Assembly (NCBI GenBank): GCA_963776345.1
Contig: CAVZMH010000019.1
Location: 288,001-352,000 of the forward strand
Reading direction: 5' to 3'
Source of the DNA: an uncultured delta proteobacterium
GTDB taxonomy: Bacteria; Myxococcota; Myxococcia; Myxococcales; Myxococcaceae
Length of the DNA: 64,000 nucleotides
Shown: positions 39,672-48,814 of the stretch, piece after piece
Numbering within the stretch: the stretch's first letter is position 1
How the letters are laid out: each line of letters opens with the position of its first letter
Notes under the pieces: model-generated
The model's database searches: none
What the model was told of the DNA's origin: nothing
What the model saw: only the letters and a program-made list of their open reading frames with translations
Program-made: the position numbers and the translations under genes

Positions 39672-39802
39672 TTTCCAGTGGCACGGGACACCTCCCGTGA
39701 CGATAGATTAGGGTCCCCCGAGGTCGCCGAGCCGCGAGGCCGGTGAACCCATGGCGAGGGGATGCAGCACCACATAACCCGCAGTCAGACGGAGGTGAAC
39801 CC

Positions 39803-40699
39803 GTGGACAAGGTCACCATCCACACGCTGAAGCGCCTGAAGCAGGCCGGCCAGAAGATCTCCATGGTCACGGCCTACGACGCCACCTTCGCCCGCATCCT
39901 GGACGACGCCGGAGCCGACGTGCTCCTGGTCGGGGACAGCCTGGGCATGGTGGTCCAGGGCAACGAGTCGACGCTGCCCGTCACCATGGACCAGATGGTC
40001 TACCACTGCCGCGCGGTGAGTCGCGGGGCGAAGCGGGCCCACGTCGTGGGGGACCTGCCGTTCCTCAGCTACCAGGCCAGCGTGCCCGAGGCGGTGAAGA
40101 ACGCCGGGCGGATCCTGGCCGAGGGCGGGGCGAGCAGCGTGAAGCTGGAGGGCGGCGCCGATTTCGCCGAGACCATCGAGGCCATCGTCCGCGCCGGCAT
40201 CCCGGTCATGGGGCACCTCGGCCTGACGCCGCAATCGGTGCACCGGATGGGCGGCTTCGTCGTCCAGGGGCGCGAGGAGGAGCAGGCGAAGGCCATCTAC
40301 CGGGACGCGCAGGCGCTGGAGCGCGCCGGCTGCTACGCGCTGGTGCTCGAGGGGGTGCCGCTGGAGCTGGCGCGGGACATCACCGCGTCGCTGCGCATCC
40401 CCACCATCGGCATCGGCGCCGGCGTCCACTGCGACGGTCAGGTGCTGGTCTGCTACGACCTGTTCGGCTTCAACCCCGACTTCAACCCCAAGTTCGTGAA
40501 GCGCTACGCCGACGGGTATGGCGTGCTGCGGGGGGCGGCGGAGGCGTTCTTCACCGAGGTGCGGAGCGGCGCCTTCCCGGGCGACGAGCACTCCTTCACC
40601 AGCAAGACGCTGCGCGTGCTGCAGGGTCAGAAGTCCGCGTCGTCCCCACCGTCGGGAGAGCCGGAGAAGGTCGGTGCGGTCTACGGCGTCCCGGTCTGA
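39803..40699 (+). CDS. panB: 3-methyl-2-oxobutanoate hydroxymethyltransferase
   Basis: [42 protein letters not shown] before the GTG. Confidence 0.96.
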   Translation: MDKVTIHTLKRLKQAGQKISMVTAYDATFARILDDAGADVLLVGDSLGMVVQGNESTLPVTMDQMVYHCRAVSRGAKRAHVVGDLPFLSYQASVPEAVKNAGRILAEGGASSVKLEGGADFAETIEAIVRAGIPVMGHLGLTPQSVHRMGGFVVQGREEEQAKAIYRDAQALERAGCYALVLEGVPLELARDITASLRIPTIGIGAGVHCDGQVLVCYDLFGFNPDFNPKFVKRYADGYGVLRGAAEAFFTEVRSGAFPGDEHSFTSKTLRVLQGQKSASSPPSGEPEKVGAVYGVPV

Positions 40700-41544
40700 T
40701 GCGCGTCTTCCGGACGCCGGCCGAGCTCTCGGAGTGGTCGGAGACGGCGCGGCACCAGGGCCGGCGGGTGGGGCTGGTGCCGACGATGGGGTTCCTCCAC
40801 CAGGGACATCTCAGCCTGATCGAGGAGTCGCGCGCCCGCGCCGGGTGCACGGTGGTGAGCATCTTCGTCAACCCCACCCAGTTCGGGCCGACCGAGGACC
40901 TCGCCCGCTACCCCCGTGATCTCGAGGGCGACCTCCACAAGTGCCGGGAGGCTCGGGTGGACGCGGTGTTCACGCCCGACGCCGGGGCCATGTACCCGCC
41001 CGGGCACCGCACCTTCGTGGAGGTCACCCAGCTTCAAGACGGGCTCTGTGGCGGGCGCCGGCCGGGGCACTTCCGGGGGGTGGCGACGGTGGTCACCCAG
41101 CTCTTCGCCCTGGCCCGGCCGCACCTGGCGGTGTTCGGCGAGAAGGACTGGCAGCAGCTGCAGATCATCCGTCGCCTCGCGGTGGACCTGCACCTCGGGG
41201 TGGAGGTGGTGGGGATGCCCATCGTCCGCGAGGGGGATGGCCTGGCCCTCAGCTCGCGCAACGCGTACCTCTCGGCGCCCGAGCGCGCCCGGGCCCTCGC
41301 CCTGAGCCGGGGCCTCGGGGTGGCACGGGCCCGGTGGTCGGCCGGGGAGCGCCAGGCGGACGCCCTGCGCGAGGCGGTGCGGTCCGAGCTCCGGGCGGCC
41401 GAGGTGCGGGAGGACTACGTGGAGCTGGTGGAGCCGTCGACGCTCGAGCCCCTCGCGCGGGCGGAGCGGCCCGAGGCCCGGCTCCTGGTGGCCGGCTTCG
41501 TGGGGACGACTCGGCTCATCGACAACACGGCCATCGGCTGCTAG
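40699..41544 (+). CDS. panC: pantoate-beta-alanine ligase
   Basis: VPTMGFLHQGH, FVNPTQF, RPGHFRGV, FGEKD, ALSSRN, RLIDN. Confidence 0.96.
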   Translation: MRVFRTPAELSEWSETARHQGRRVGLVPTMGFLHQGHLSLIEESRARAGCTVVSIFVNPTQFGPTEDLARYPRDLEGDLHKCREARVDAVFTPDAGAMYPPGHRTFVEVTQLQDGLCGGRRPGHFRGVATVVTQLFALARPHLAVFGEKDWQQLQIIRRLAVDLHLGVEVVGMPIVREGDGLALSSRNAYLSAPERARALALSRGLGVARARWSAGERQADALREAVRSELRAAEVREDYVELVEPSTLEPLARAERPEARLLVAGFVGTTRLIDNTAIGC

Positions 41545-41558
41545 GGGCCGGAGCCCGC

Positions 41559-42026
41559 ATGGCGCAGAAGGAAGCCCCGGGCGAGCTGGTCGTCGCCACC
41601 AACAGGAAGGCGCGCGCGTCCTATACCGTCGAGGACACGCTCGAGGCGGGGCTCGCCCTGGTCGGCAGCGAGGTGAAGAGCCTCCGGGCCGGGGCGGTCC
41701 AGATGGCCGACTCCTTCGCCCAGCCCCGCGGGGGGGAGCTCTACCTTCACTCACTGCGGATCGCCCCCTACGGGGCGGCGGCGGCGTTCCCCCACGACCC
41801 GGTCCGCCCCCGGAAGCTCCTGCTGCATCGGGCCGAGCTGGACCGCTGGGAGGCCAAGGTGCGGGAACGGGGTTATTCCATCGTCCCGCTCGTGCTTTAC
41901 TTCAAGAAGGGCAAGGCCAAGGTCCAGCTGGGGCTGGTCCGGGGCAAGACCCACGAGGACCGACGCGAGGACATCAAGGAGCGCGAGACCCGACGCGAAA
42001 TGGATCGCGCGCTCCGCCGGCGTTAG
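41559..42026 (+). CDS. smpB: SsrA-binding protein
   Basis: NRKA, EAGLAL.GSEVKSLR, RKLLLHR, GKTHEDRRE. Confidence 0.95.
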   Translation: MAQKEAPGELVVATNRKARASYTVEDTLEAGLALVGSEVKSLRAGAVQMADSFAQPRGGELYLHSLRIAPYGAAAAFPHDPVRPRKLLLHRAELDRWEAKVRERGYSIVPLVLYFKKGKAKVQLGLVRGKTHEDRREDIKERETRREMDRALRRR

Positions 42027-42046
42027 AGCCAGGCCACGGACGACGG

Positions 42047-42526
42047 ATGGACGACCGAGCCTCCGAGAAGAAGGACCGCCTGCTGACCGCCCTGGAGCGA
42101 GGGATGGTGATGGTCCATCTCGACGCCCGGCGTCCGGGGGTGCTCGTCCCGACCGAGCTTCGAGGCGAGTCTCATCTGCGTCTGCATCTCAGTTACAGGT
42201 TCGTGCCGCCCGACCTGACCGTGGGCGAGTGGGGCATCCGCAGCACGCTCAGCTTCTCCGGGCAGCGCTTCACCGTGGCGGTCCCCTGGAGCGCGCTGTT
42301 CGCCGTCACCAGCAAGGTGACCCACGAGTTCTGGATGTTCCCCGAGGACATGCCAACCGAGCTGACGCAGATTCCCCCGCCGAAGCTCCGTGCCGCCGCC
42401 GCGGTCCGTCCCCCGCTCGAGGGCCGTCCGGTGGCGCTGCGCGAGGTGGACGGGGAGGGCAAGTCCGGCGAGGCCGAGGGCGGTGACGCCCCGCGCGGAC
42501 GGTCGCACCTCCGGCTGATCAAGTAA
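42047..42526 (+). CDS. sspB: SspB-like ClpXP adaptor
   Basis: MVHLDAR..GVLVP, TLSFSG....VPWSALFAV, C-terminal HLRLIK ClpX-binding-like tail; follows smpB. Confidence 0.75.
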   Translation: MDDRASEKKDRLLTALERGMVMVHLDARRPGVLVPTELRGESHLRLHLSYRFVPPDLTVGEWGIRSTLSFSGQRFTVAVPWSALFAVTSKVTHEFWMFPEDMPTELTQIPPPKLRAAAAVRPPLEGRPVALREVDGEGKSGEAEGGDAPRGRSHLRLIK

Positions 42527-42630
42527 GCGGAGGTCAGCGGCGGAGCGGGACCCCGGCCGCGGTGTCCTTCGGTGAGCCTGCTCGCCTCACGCCGCCCATG
42601 GCTCGGACCGGACGTGGGTGGGTTCCAAAC

Positions 42631-42721
42631 GACAGGAAGGTCACCTGACTATTTTCGAACGATAGTCAGGTGACTCACCTGTCTAGTTCGAGCCCCGAGC
42701 CCCGTCTCGCCTCGGGGCTCG
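42631..42721. repeat. two strong inverted repeats between convergent genes
   Basis: GTCACCTGACTAT-N9-ATAGTCAGGTGAC (42640-42674, perfect 13 bp, extended by GACAGG/CCTGTC) and CGAGCCCCGAG/CTCGGGGCTCG (42689-42721). Confidence 0.7.
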
Positions 42722-42768
42722 CGCACGCACCCACTCGCGTCTTCTCGGGGCAAGTGTGCCTCGTCCAC

Positions 42769-43464
42769 TCACCGTTTCCGGAGGTTCGCCTCGAGCGTGG
42801 CCTGCTGCCCGCCCATCGTCACCCCCTGCCACGGCTTGTAGCCGGCCTTCCGCACCTCGATCCGGAGCGGCTCCTTCGGCCAGACGTTGTCCCCGGCCCA
42901 GGGGGTGACGCCCACCTCGGTTCCGCCGACGAGCACCGTGGCCCCGGACGGCTCGCTGAGGACCAGGAGCGTGGGCGCGGGCGTCCCCACTCGCTTCTCC
43001 TTCACCTCCTCCTTCTTCGGCTGCTCCGACCCGAGGAAGTCCAGCGAGAAGCCCTTGAGCGTCGGGAGCTTCCCGGCCACCACCACCCACGCGCCTGCCA
43101 CCACGGCGCCGAGCACGGCGGCGCGCAGGATCCATGGCCCCCACCGGATGTCCGGCGTCGTGAACTTGACCGGCTTCTCCGGCGGCGGCGGCGTGAAGTC
43201 CGACACCATCGGCGGCGGCGGCCGCTCCACCAGCTCCACCCCCTCGGTCCGCTCGGCGTCGTTCCGCACCCGCGACGGCGAGATCACCGTCGGCTCGTAG
43301 GACGGATCGTGGAGCAGCGAGTCACCCGGAGGCGGGGGCACCTCGCCCAGCAGCGGCACCTCGTTCAGGAGCGGGATGGGGCTGGCGGGCCGGAGCGCGC
43401 CGTCCTCTCCCAGCGCCTTGCCGGAGAAGATCTGATCCTCGTCCTCGTCGGGGGTCTGGCTCAT
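42769..43464 (-). CDS. bitopic PEGA-domain protein
   Basis: TM segment followed by 'VLSEPSGATVLVGG..VGVTP...IEVRKAGYKPW'. Confidence 0.8.
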   Translation of the reverse strand: MSQTPDEDEDQIFSGKALGEDGALRPASPIPLLNEVPLLGEVPPPPGDSLLHDPSYEPTVISPSRVRNDAERTEGVELVERPPPPMVSDFTPPPPEKPVKFTTPDIRWGPWILRAAVLGAVVAGAWVVVAGKLPTLKGFSLDFLGSEQPKKEEVKEKRVGTPAPTLLVLSEPSGATVLVGGTEVGVTPWAGDNVWPKEPLRIEVRKAGYKPWQGVTMGGQQATLEANLRKR

Positions 43465-43473
43465 CGGTCGGGC

Positions 43474-43824
43474 TCAGCTCGGCGCGGGCGCGCGCTCGGT
43501 CACCCCCCGCAGCATGGCCCAGGGGAAGATGCCCGTGGCGTGCTGGTCGCTGAAGGTGATGGACAGCGCGTAGGCCCCCACCGGGGCGACCTCCCGGATG
43601 GTGAGGGTCTCCGGCACCGTGGCCGGGTCGAGCGTCCGCGCGCTGGTCCACTCGTCCACGCAGGCGGCGCAGGGGCAGGCGAGCCGGAGCGCGCGGGCGG
43701 TGGAGGCCGTGCGCTTGCCGTCCTCCCAGTGGAGCCGGAGCACCTTCCCGTCGCTGGTCACGTCCATGTGGATGGCGGTGGGGGCCGGCGGCGCAGCCGG
43801 TTTCACCTTGTCCCAGAAGCTCAT
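43474..43824 (-). CDS. DUF971 / GBBH-like N-terminal domain protein
   Basis: LRLACPCAAC, VGAYAL.I.FSD.H.TGIF.W. Confidence 0.88.
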   Translation of the reverse strand: MSFWDKVKPAAPPAPTAIHMDVTSDGKVLRLHWEDGKRTASTARALRLACPCAACVDEWTSARTLDPATVPETLTIREVAPVGAYALSITFSDQHATGIFPWAMLRGVTERAPAPS

Positions 43825-43849
43825 GGCAGCTCCCATGGCGTCTCGCCGC

Positions 43850-45556
43850 TCACGATGCAAGTGGCACGGCCCGCGGCGGGGCCTCCGCGAGCGCGCCCTT
43901 CTTCTCCAGCAAGCGGGCCAGCGCGTCGACCACCTCCGGGTCGAGCGACACGCCCCGGAGCCGGTTCATGACCTCCATCGCCGCGTGCGCGCTCATCGCC
44001 CGCTGGTAGGGCCGGGTGGAGGTGCAGGCGTCCCAGGTGTCGGCGCAGGCCACCACCCGGGCGATGAGCGGGATGGCCGAGCCTCGGAGGCCCTCGGGGT
44101 AGCCGGTGCCGTTCCACTTCTCGTGGTGGCTCCGCACCGCGTCCCGGGCCGTGCCGAGGAAGCTCACCGGGCCGACGATGGACGCGCCGATGGTGGGGTG
44201 CTCGCGCATCACCGACATCTCGTCCGGGGTGAGCTGGGTCTGCTTGCAGAGGATGTTCTCCGCGATGCCGATCTTCCCGATGTCGTGGAGGATGCCGCCG
44301 TACCGGAGCTGCTTCACCTCGCGGTCGGTGAGGCCGAGCTCGCGGCCGATCTCCGCCGCCATGTCCCCGACCCGCTGGCTGTGGCCGCGGGTGTACGCGT
44401 CCTTGCTGTCGATGCTGTTGGCCAGCGCGAGGATGGTCTCGAGGTAGCCGCGCTCGAGCGACTCGTAGAGCCCGCGGTTCTCCTTGTCGTACGCCAGGAG
44501 CTGCTGGCTCATGTAGTTGAAGGTGTGGGCCAGCTCGCCCAGCTCGTTCCGGGTCTGCACGTGCACCTGGGTGCCGAACTGCCCCCGGGCGATCTCCAGC
44601 GCCGAGCGGGTGAAGCCCTTGAGCGGCCGGGTGAGCCCCCGGGAGAAGACCAGCGCCAGGATGAGCGCCACGCCGATGGCGGCGACGAGGCCGAGCCCGA
44701 TGCGCCGCTGCATCAGCCGCACCTGGGTGTAGGCGGCCTCGAGCGGCTGCTCGCTGACCACCGCCCAGCCCGGGCCGGGGATGACCGCCGAGGCGGCGAC
44801 CACCCGCTCGTCCCCCTCGCCGAAGTTTCCCACCCAGGTGACCTCGCGCTCGGGCGAGCCTCGGAGAAGCTTCAGCGCCGGGACCACCGCGGGGCGGCTG
44901 GACACGTCCTCGCCCGCGCGAACGTGGTCGGGCGGACCGGCCAGCAGACGCCCGGTGGCGTCCACCACGTAGGCGAAGCCGGTGCTGCCCACGTGCTCGG
45001 CCTCCAGCGCCTGCCCGAGCGCGGCCAGCGACAGCTCGCCGGCGACGTAGCCCCTGGCGGGGTCGCCGAGCGGGAAGGCGAAGGTGAGGCTCGGCGGGCG
45101 GCCGGGGAGGATGGTCGCCGGGCTCCAGCGCACCGTCTCCGGGCCGGGGCCGAGCAGGGCCCGGGCGCGGGCCTCGTGCTCGGCCACCTCGGTCGGAGGC
45201 AGGTCCTTCACCGCGAACGCCTGCAGCCCGGGGAACCGCTCGCCTCGGGCGGAGAACACCGTGAGCGCGGTCAGGTCCCGCCGCTCGGTGAGCACCGCGG
45301 CGAGGTGGGCCCGCTGCTCCGCGAGCGGCAGGGAGAGGAACCCCGGCACGCGGGCGAGCACGGTCGCCGCGCGCACCGGGGCATCGAGCGCGGCGGTGGC
45401 CTTGAGCGAGACCTGCCCCACGCGCTCGGCGGCGAGCTCCTGCGCGTCGCGGGTGAGGAGCTCGCGAGTGTCGGAGAGGACCAGGAGCCCCACCAGGCCC
45501 GTGGAGACCAGGGCCACGCCGAGCATCAGGAGGAAGATGGCGGTGAAGAGCCTCAC
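43850..45556 (-). CDS. pmxA: membrane Cache-HAMP-HD-GYP cyclic dinucleotide phosphodiesterase (PmxA-like)
   Basis: Two TMs, Cache (AYVVD..GRLL), HAMP (NELGELA..FN.M), YTRGHS, LHDIGK, HHEKWNGTGYP, RPYQ. Confidence 0.8.
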   Translation of the reverse strand: MRLFTAIFLLMLGVALVSTGLVGLLVLSDTRELLTRDAQELAAERVGQVSLKATAALDAPVRAATVLARVPGFLSLPLAEQRAHLAAVLTERRDLTALTVFSARGERFPGLQAFAVKDLPPTEVAEHEARARALLGPGPETVRWSPATILPGRPPSLTFAFPLGDPARGYVAGELSLAALGQALEAEHVGSTGFAYVVDATGRLLAGPPDHVRAGEDVSSRPAVVPALKLLRGSPEREVTWVGNFGEGDERVVAASAVIPGPGWAVVSEQPLEAAYTQVRLMQRRIGLGLVAAIGVALILALVFSRGLTRPLKGFTRSALEIARGQFGTQVHVQTRNELGELAHTFNYMSQQLLAYDKENRGLYESLERGYLETILALANSIDSKDAYTRGHSQRVGDMAAEIGRELGLTDREVKQLRYGGILHDIGKIGIAENILCKQTQLTPDEMSVMREHPTIGASIVGPVSFLGTARDAVRSHHEKWNGTGYPEGLRGSAIPLIARVVACADTWDACTSTRPYQRAMSAHAAMEVMNRLRGVSLDPEVVDALARLLEKKGALAEAPPRAVPLAS

Positions 45557-46464
45557 TGCCAGGGAGCCTCCTTCACCTCGAGCTTGATGCGCCCCGGGAC
45601 CAGCTGGATCGCCCGGGTCGCCGCGGGGCCGAGCGTCCCGTCGCCCTGCACCGCGCGCACCGTCCAGCGGTACTTGCCGGCCGGCAGCCCGGGCACGGTC
45701 ACCACCGGCTGCGCGGTGCGAATGGTGTGGGTCCGCGGCCCTGCGAGCTCCAGAACGTAACCCGTCGCCTCCGGCACCGGCTTCCAGGCGAAGCGCACCG
45801 GGCCGAGGCCGCCCGGCGCAGGCTCCAGGGCGAGCTTCAGGCCCGGCTCCGGCGAGAGAAGGATGGGCGGCTCGCCTCCGGCAGGGCTGCCCGAGGACTC
45901 GCCCTGCGGCGTCCCGGGTGGCTCGCCCCGGATGACGGTGAGCGTCTCGCCGGCGCGGACCGCGCGGGTGCGCCCCTGCGCCTCGACGCGCACCGGCACG
46001 CCCTCGCGCACCGCGACCCGGGTGCGCCCGTCCGGCTCCACCGCCACGGCGAAGTGCGAGCGCTCCTCGCGCGCCTCGGCGAGCAGCTTCCACGCGCCGT
46101 CGGCCTGGGCGGCCGCCTCGGCATAGCGGGCACGGGCGAGGAGCGACTCGGCCTCGGCCAGCCGGGCCTCCGCCTCGGTCCGCGCGCTGCCGGCCGGGGC
46201 CTGCACCACCGCGCTCCGGGCCGAGCCGATGGCCGCCACCGCCCGGGCGCGCTCGGGGCCGGGGACGAGCACCCGGGTGCCCGCTGCCGGTGCGCCCTGG
46301 AGGTGGTTGAACGCGAGGAGCTCCGGCCCGGCGCCCTCGCTCCCGAGCGTGCGCGCGGCGAGCTGGGCCAGTGACTCGCCGGGGCGGACGACGGTCTCCC
46401 CCGTCGGCGGCGCGGTGGCTGCCGAGGCGAGGAGCGCGAGCGCGGCTGCGAGGGCGTGGCTCAC
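45553..46464 (-). CDS. secreted LysM-like + fibronectin-III-like protein
   Basis: Signal peptide; 'VVRPGESLAQLAARTLG' LysM-like; C-terminal FAW.PV..A.GY.LE / GKYRWTVRAV. Confidence 0.7.
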   Translation of the reverse strand: MSHALAAALALLASAATAPPTGETVVRPGESLAQLAARTLGSEGAGPELLAFNHLQGAPAAGTRVLVPGPERARAVAAIGSARSAVVQAPAGSARTEAEARLAEAESLLARARYAEAAAQADGAWKLLAEAREERSHFAVAVEPDGRTRVAVREGVPVRVEAQGRTRAVRAGETLTVIRGEPPGTPQGESSGSPAGGEPPILLSPEPGLKLALEPAPGGLGPVRFAWKPVPEATGYVLELAGPRTHTIRTAQPVVTVPGLPAGKYRWTVRAVQGDGTLGPAATRAIQLVPGRIKLEVKEAPWQ

Positions 46465-46898
46465 TGGAAGACGATCTCCCGCCCGGCGCGGACGGTGGCC
46501 GCGGGGGTGCCCACGGTGAGGGACTGGTTGGCCGGACGGTCCAGGGTGGCGTCGACCGTTCCGCGGAGCACCGTGACGTCCGCCTGGGGCCGGCCCGGCG
46601 CCGCCCGCGTCTCGGCGATGCCCAAGAGCGTGTCCTCGGAGACGACCACCACCGTGCCCGAGGGGAAGTGCAGCTCGGCCGAGCCCCCGCGCTCGGTCCG
46701 CAGCTTGTCGTCGTCGTAGAGCGCGGTGCCGCTGACCGCCGCCTGCCACTCGTCCCCCGCGGCCCGCTTCACCGACACCGCGCCGCGCACCTGGGCGAGC
46801 GTGGCCCGGACCGATTGCTTCGGGGCGGGGGCGGGCGGAGCCTTGGCGTCCCGGCGACACGCCGGAGCGCACACGAGCAGCGGCAGGCACAACGCCAT
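46461..46898 (-). CDS. FecR-domain lipoprotein
   Basis: 'LLVCAPAC' lipobox-like; VRGAVSVKR..W...LYDDDKLRT..SAEL.F..G; VGTPAATV. Confidence 0.7.
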   Translation of the reverse strand: MALCLPLLVCAPACRRDAKAPPAPAPKQSVRATLAQVRGAVSVKRAAGDEWQAAVSGTALYDDDKLRTERGGSAELHFPSGTVVVVSEDTLLGIAETRAAPGRPQADVTVLRGTVDATLDRPANQSLTVGTPAATVRAGREIVFQ

Positions 46899-46971
46899 CG
46901 GAATCCAGGGACAGGACCGGCGCAGGAGTCCGAGTGTACTTCAGGGCGCCAGGGCGCAGCGCGTCGAGGCC

Positions 46972-47775
46972 CTAGCCGCCCAGCCGGCGGTGCCGCAGGG
47001 CGGGGAGGTTCCTCCGCACCCGGGCCAGCAGCTCGGGGTCGAATTCCGCCAGGGCCAGCCCCTCGCCGTCCGAGGCCCGGGCGACGACCAGCCCCCACGG
47101 GTCGACCACCATGGCGTGCCCGTACGTGACGCGCTGATCCGTGTGCCGCCCGCCCTGCGCAGGTGCGAGGACGTAGGACTGGTTCTCGATGGCCCGGGCC
47201 CGGAGGAGCACCTCCCAGTGGTCCTTGCCGGTCATCAGGGTGAAGGCCGCGGGGACGGTCAGGAGCACCGCGCCGGCCGTGGACAGCGCCCGGTACAGCT
47301 CGGGGAAGCGCAGGTCGTAGCAGATGCTCAGGCCCACCGTGCCGAACGGCGTCCGGGCCGTGACCGGGCCCTCGCCGGGGGCCACCGCGTCGGACTCGCG
47401 GTAGCTCGCACCGTCGTTCACCTCGGCGTCGAAGAGGTGGATCTTCCGGTAGACGGCGAGGCGCTCCCCGTCGGGGCCGAACAGGACGCTGGTGTTGTAG
47501 ACCCGGCCACCCGGGGCTCCGGCCTCGAGCACCGAGCCCGCCAGGAGGTGGATGGAGAGCTCCCGGGCCAGCTCGGCGAAGCGCGTCAAGGTCGGCCCAT
47601 CCAGGCGCTCGGCAGCGGACGGTCGGTCCTTCTCCGACCCCATCCAGGCGACGTTCTCCGGGAGGCCGACGAGCGTGGCGCCTCGCTCGGCGGCTCGCCG
47701 GACGAGCCGGGTGGCGACGTCGAGGTTCCGGGTCCGGTCCGGCCCGGAGGCCATCTGCGCAGCGGCGATCAGCAT
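46972..47775 (-). CDS. carbon-nitrogen hydrolase (Nit1/deaminated glutathione amidase-like)
   Basis: LPEN, YRKIHLFD, ICYDLRFPE, HWEVLLRARAIEN. Confidence 0.9.
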   Translation of the reverse strand: MLIAAAQMASGPDRTRNLDVATRLVRRAAERGATLVGLPENVAWMGSEKDRPSAAERLDGPTLTRFAELARELSIHLLAGSVLEAGAPGGRVYNTSVLFGPDGERLAVYRKIHLFDAEVNDGASYRESDAVAPGEGPVTARTPFGTVGLSICYDLRFPELYRALSTAGAVLLTVPAAFTLMTGKDHWEVLLRARAIENQSYVLAPAQGGRHTDQRVTYGHAMVVDPWGLVVARASDGEGLALAEFDPELLARVRRNLPALRHRRLGG

Positions 47776-47902
47776 GGAACCCCTGGGTGTCGGCGCCCGA
47801 CTGTAACCTCGGTCGCGCCGGGGCGTCCCCCGCGCCGAACGGTTTGACACGCGAGGGGGCCAGCGGGCATGTGAAGGGTCCCGTCACCTCAGGAGGTCCG
47901 TC

Positions 47903-48085
47903 ATCGCCGCACCTGGAGCCACCAAGCGCCTGAAAGAGCTCGCCCGGCAGCAGAAGCAGCGCGAGAAGGCCGAGAAGCGCGAACAGCGGAAGCGGGAGAA
48001 GGCCGACCGTCCGACGCCGCAGAGTGGCGAGGACCCGGACATCGCCGGCATCGTCCCCGGACCGCAGCCGCCGCTGGAGTTCTGA
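47903..48085 (+). CDS. small basic coiled-coil protein (60 aa) with apparent AUC start
   Basis: Perfect SD AGGAGGT (47891-47897) 5 nt before ATC; (M)AAPGATKRLKELARQQKQREKAEKREQRKREKADRPTPQSGEDPDIAGIVPGPQPPLEF; TTGACA at 47844. Confidence 0.65.
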   Translation: MAAPGATKRLKELARQQKQREKAEKREQRKREKADRPTPQSGEDPDIAGIVPGPQPPLEF

Positions 48086-48231
48086 CGCCCGGGGACGGGG
48101 CCCGCGCGCCTCATCTGGAATCTGCCCGAAGTCCGGGCGCTTCCGCGGATGGGCAGGCCCTGTTCGCCTTGCGCCGGTGCGCCCCCACGTGGTAGGCAGC
48201 CCGGCGACATTTTTCGATCGGAAGCACCTCG

Positions 48232-48258
48232 AAAAGTGGGCCCCGTGCCCGCTTTTTT
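48232..48258 (+). promoter_or_regulatory. rimP leader terminator-like hairpin
   Basis: AAAAGTGGG-CCCCGTG-CCCGCTTTTTT, 18 nt upstream of rimP; matches the short GGGc..gCCC + U-tract rimP leader type. Confidence 0.7.
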
Positions 48259-48276
48259 CGTTTCTAGCGCTCACCC

Positions 48277-48783
48277 ATGGCCGAGAGCACCCACCGACAG
48301 GACGTCGTGTCCCGCGCCGAGGCGCTGGTGGAGCCCGTGGTGCGTGCCGAGGGCCTGGAGCTGATCGAGCTCGAGTACGTCCGCGAGCCGGCGGGCTGGG
48401 TGCTCCGGCTGTTCGTCGACCGGCCCGGGCGTGACCCGATGTCGAAGGAGGGCGGGGTCGGCCTGGAGGAGTGCGCGCAGGTCTCGCACGCGGTGGAGAC
48501 CGCGCTCGAGGTGGAGGACCTGGTCCCCCACGCGTACTCGCTCGAGGTCAGCAGCCCCGGGATCAACCGGCCGCTGCGGCGCGCGGAACACTTCGCGAAG
48601 GTGGTGGGGCAGCGGGTCAAGGTGAAGACCTACGGCCCGGTGGGTCAGCCTCCGCGGAAGAGCTTTTCTGGCGTCCTGTTGCAATCGGGCGCGTCGGACA
48701 TCACGGTGCAGGTCGAGGGCGGAGGGGCGTTCCACATCCCCTTGCGCGATATCGCCAAGGCGAACCTCGACTTCGAGTTCTAG
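48277..48783 (+). CDS. rimP: ribosome maturation factor RimP
   Basis: VLRLFVD, EECA.VS, YSLEVSSPGINRPL. Confidence 0.95.
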   Translation: MAESTHRQDVVSRAEALVEPVVRAEGLELIELEYVREPAGWVLRLFVDRPGRDPMSKEGGVGLEECAQVSHAVETALEVEDLVPHAYSLEVSSPGINRPLRRAEHFAKVVGQRVKVKTYGPVGQPPRKSFSGVLLQSGASDITVQVEGGGAFHIPLRDIAKANLDFEF

Positions 48784-48814
48784 AGACATTCCCCGAGGAA
48801 CCGGAACGACCCCC

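Noticed and set aside
42527..42768. tmRNA (ssrA), or retron msr-msd, next to smpB
   Set aside because: No tRNA-like ends (T-arm/CCA) or tag ORF were seen, the region is too short for tmRNA, and there is no reverse transcriptase in the window.
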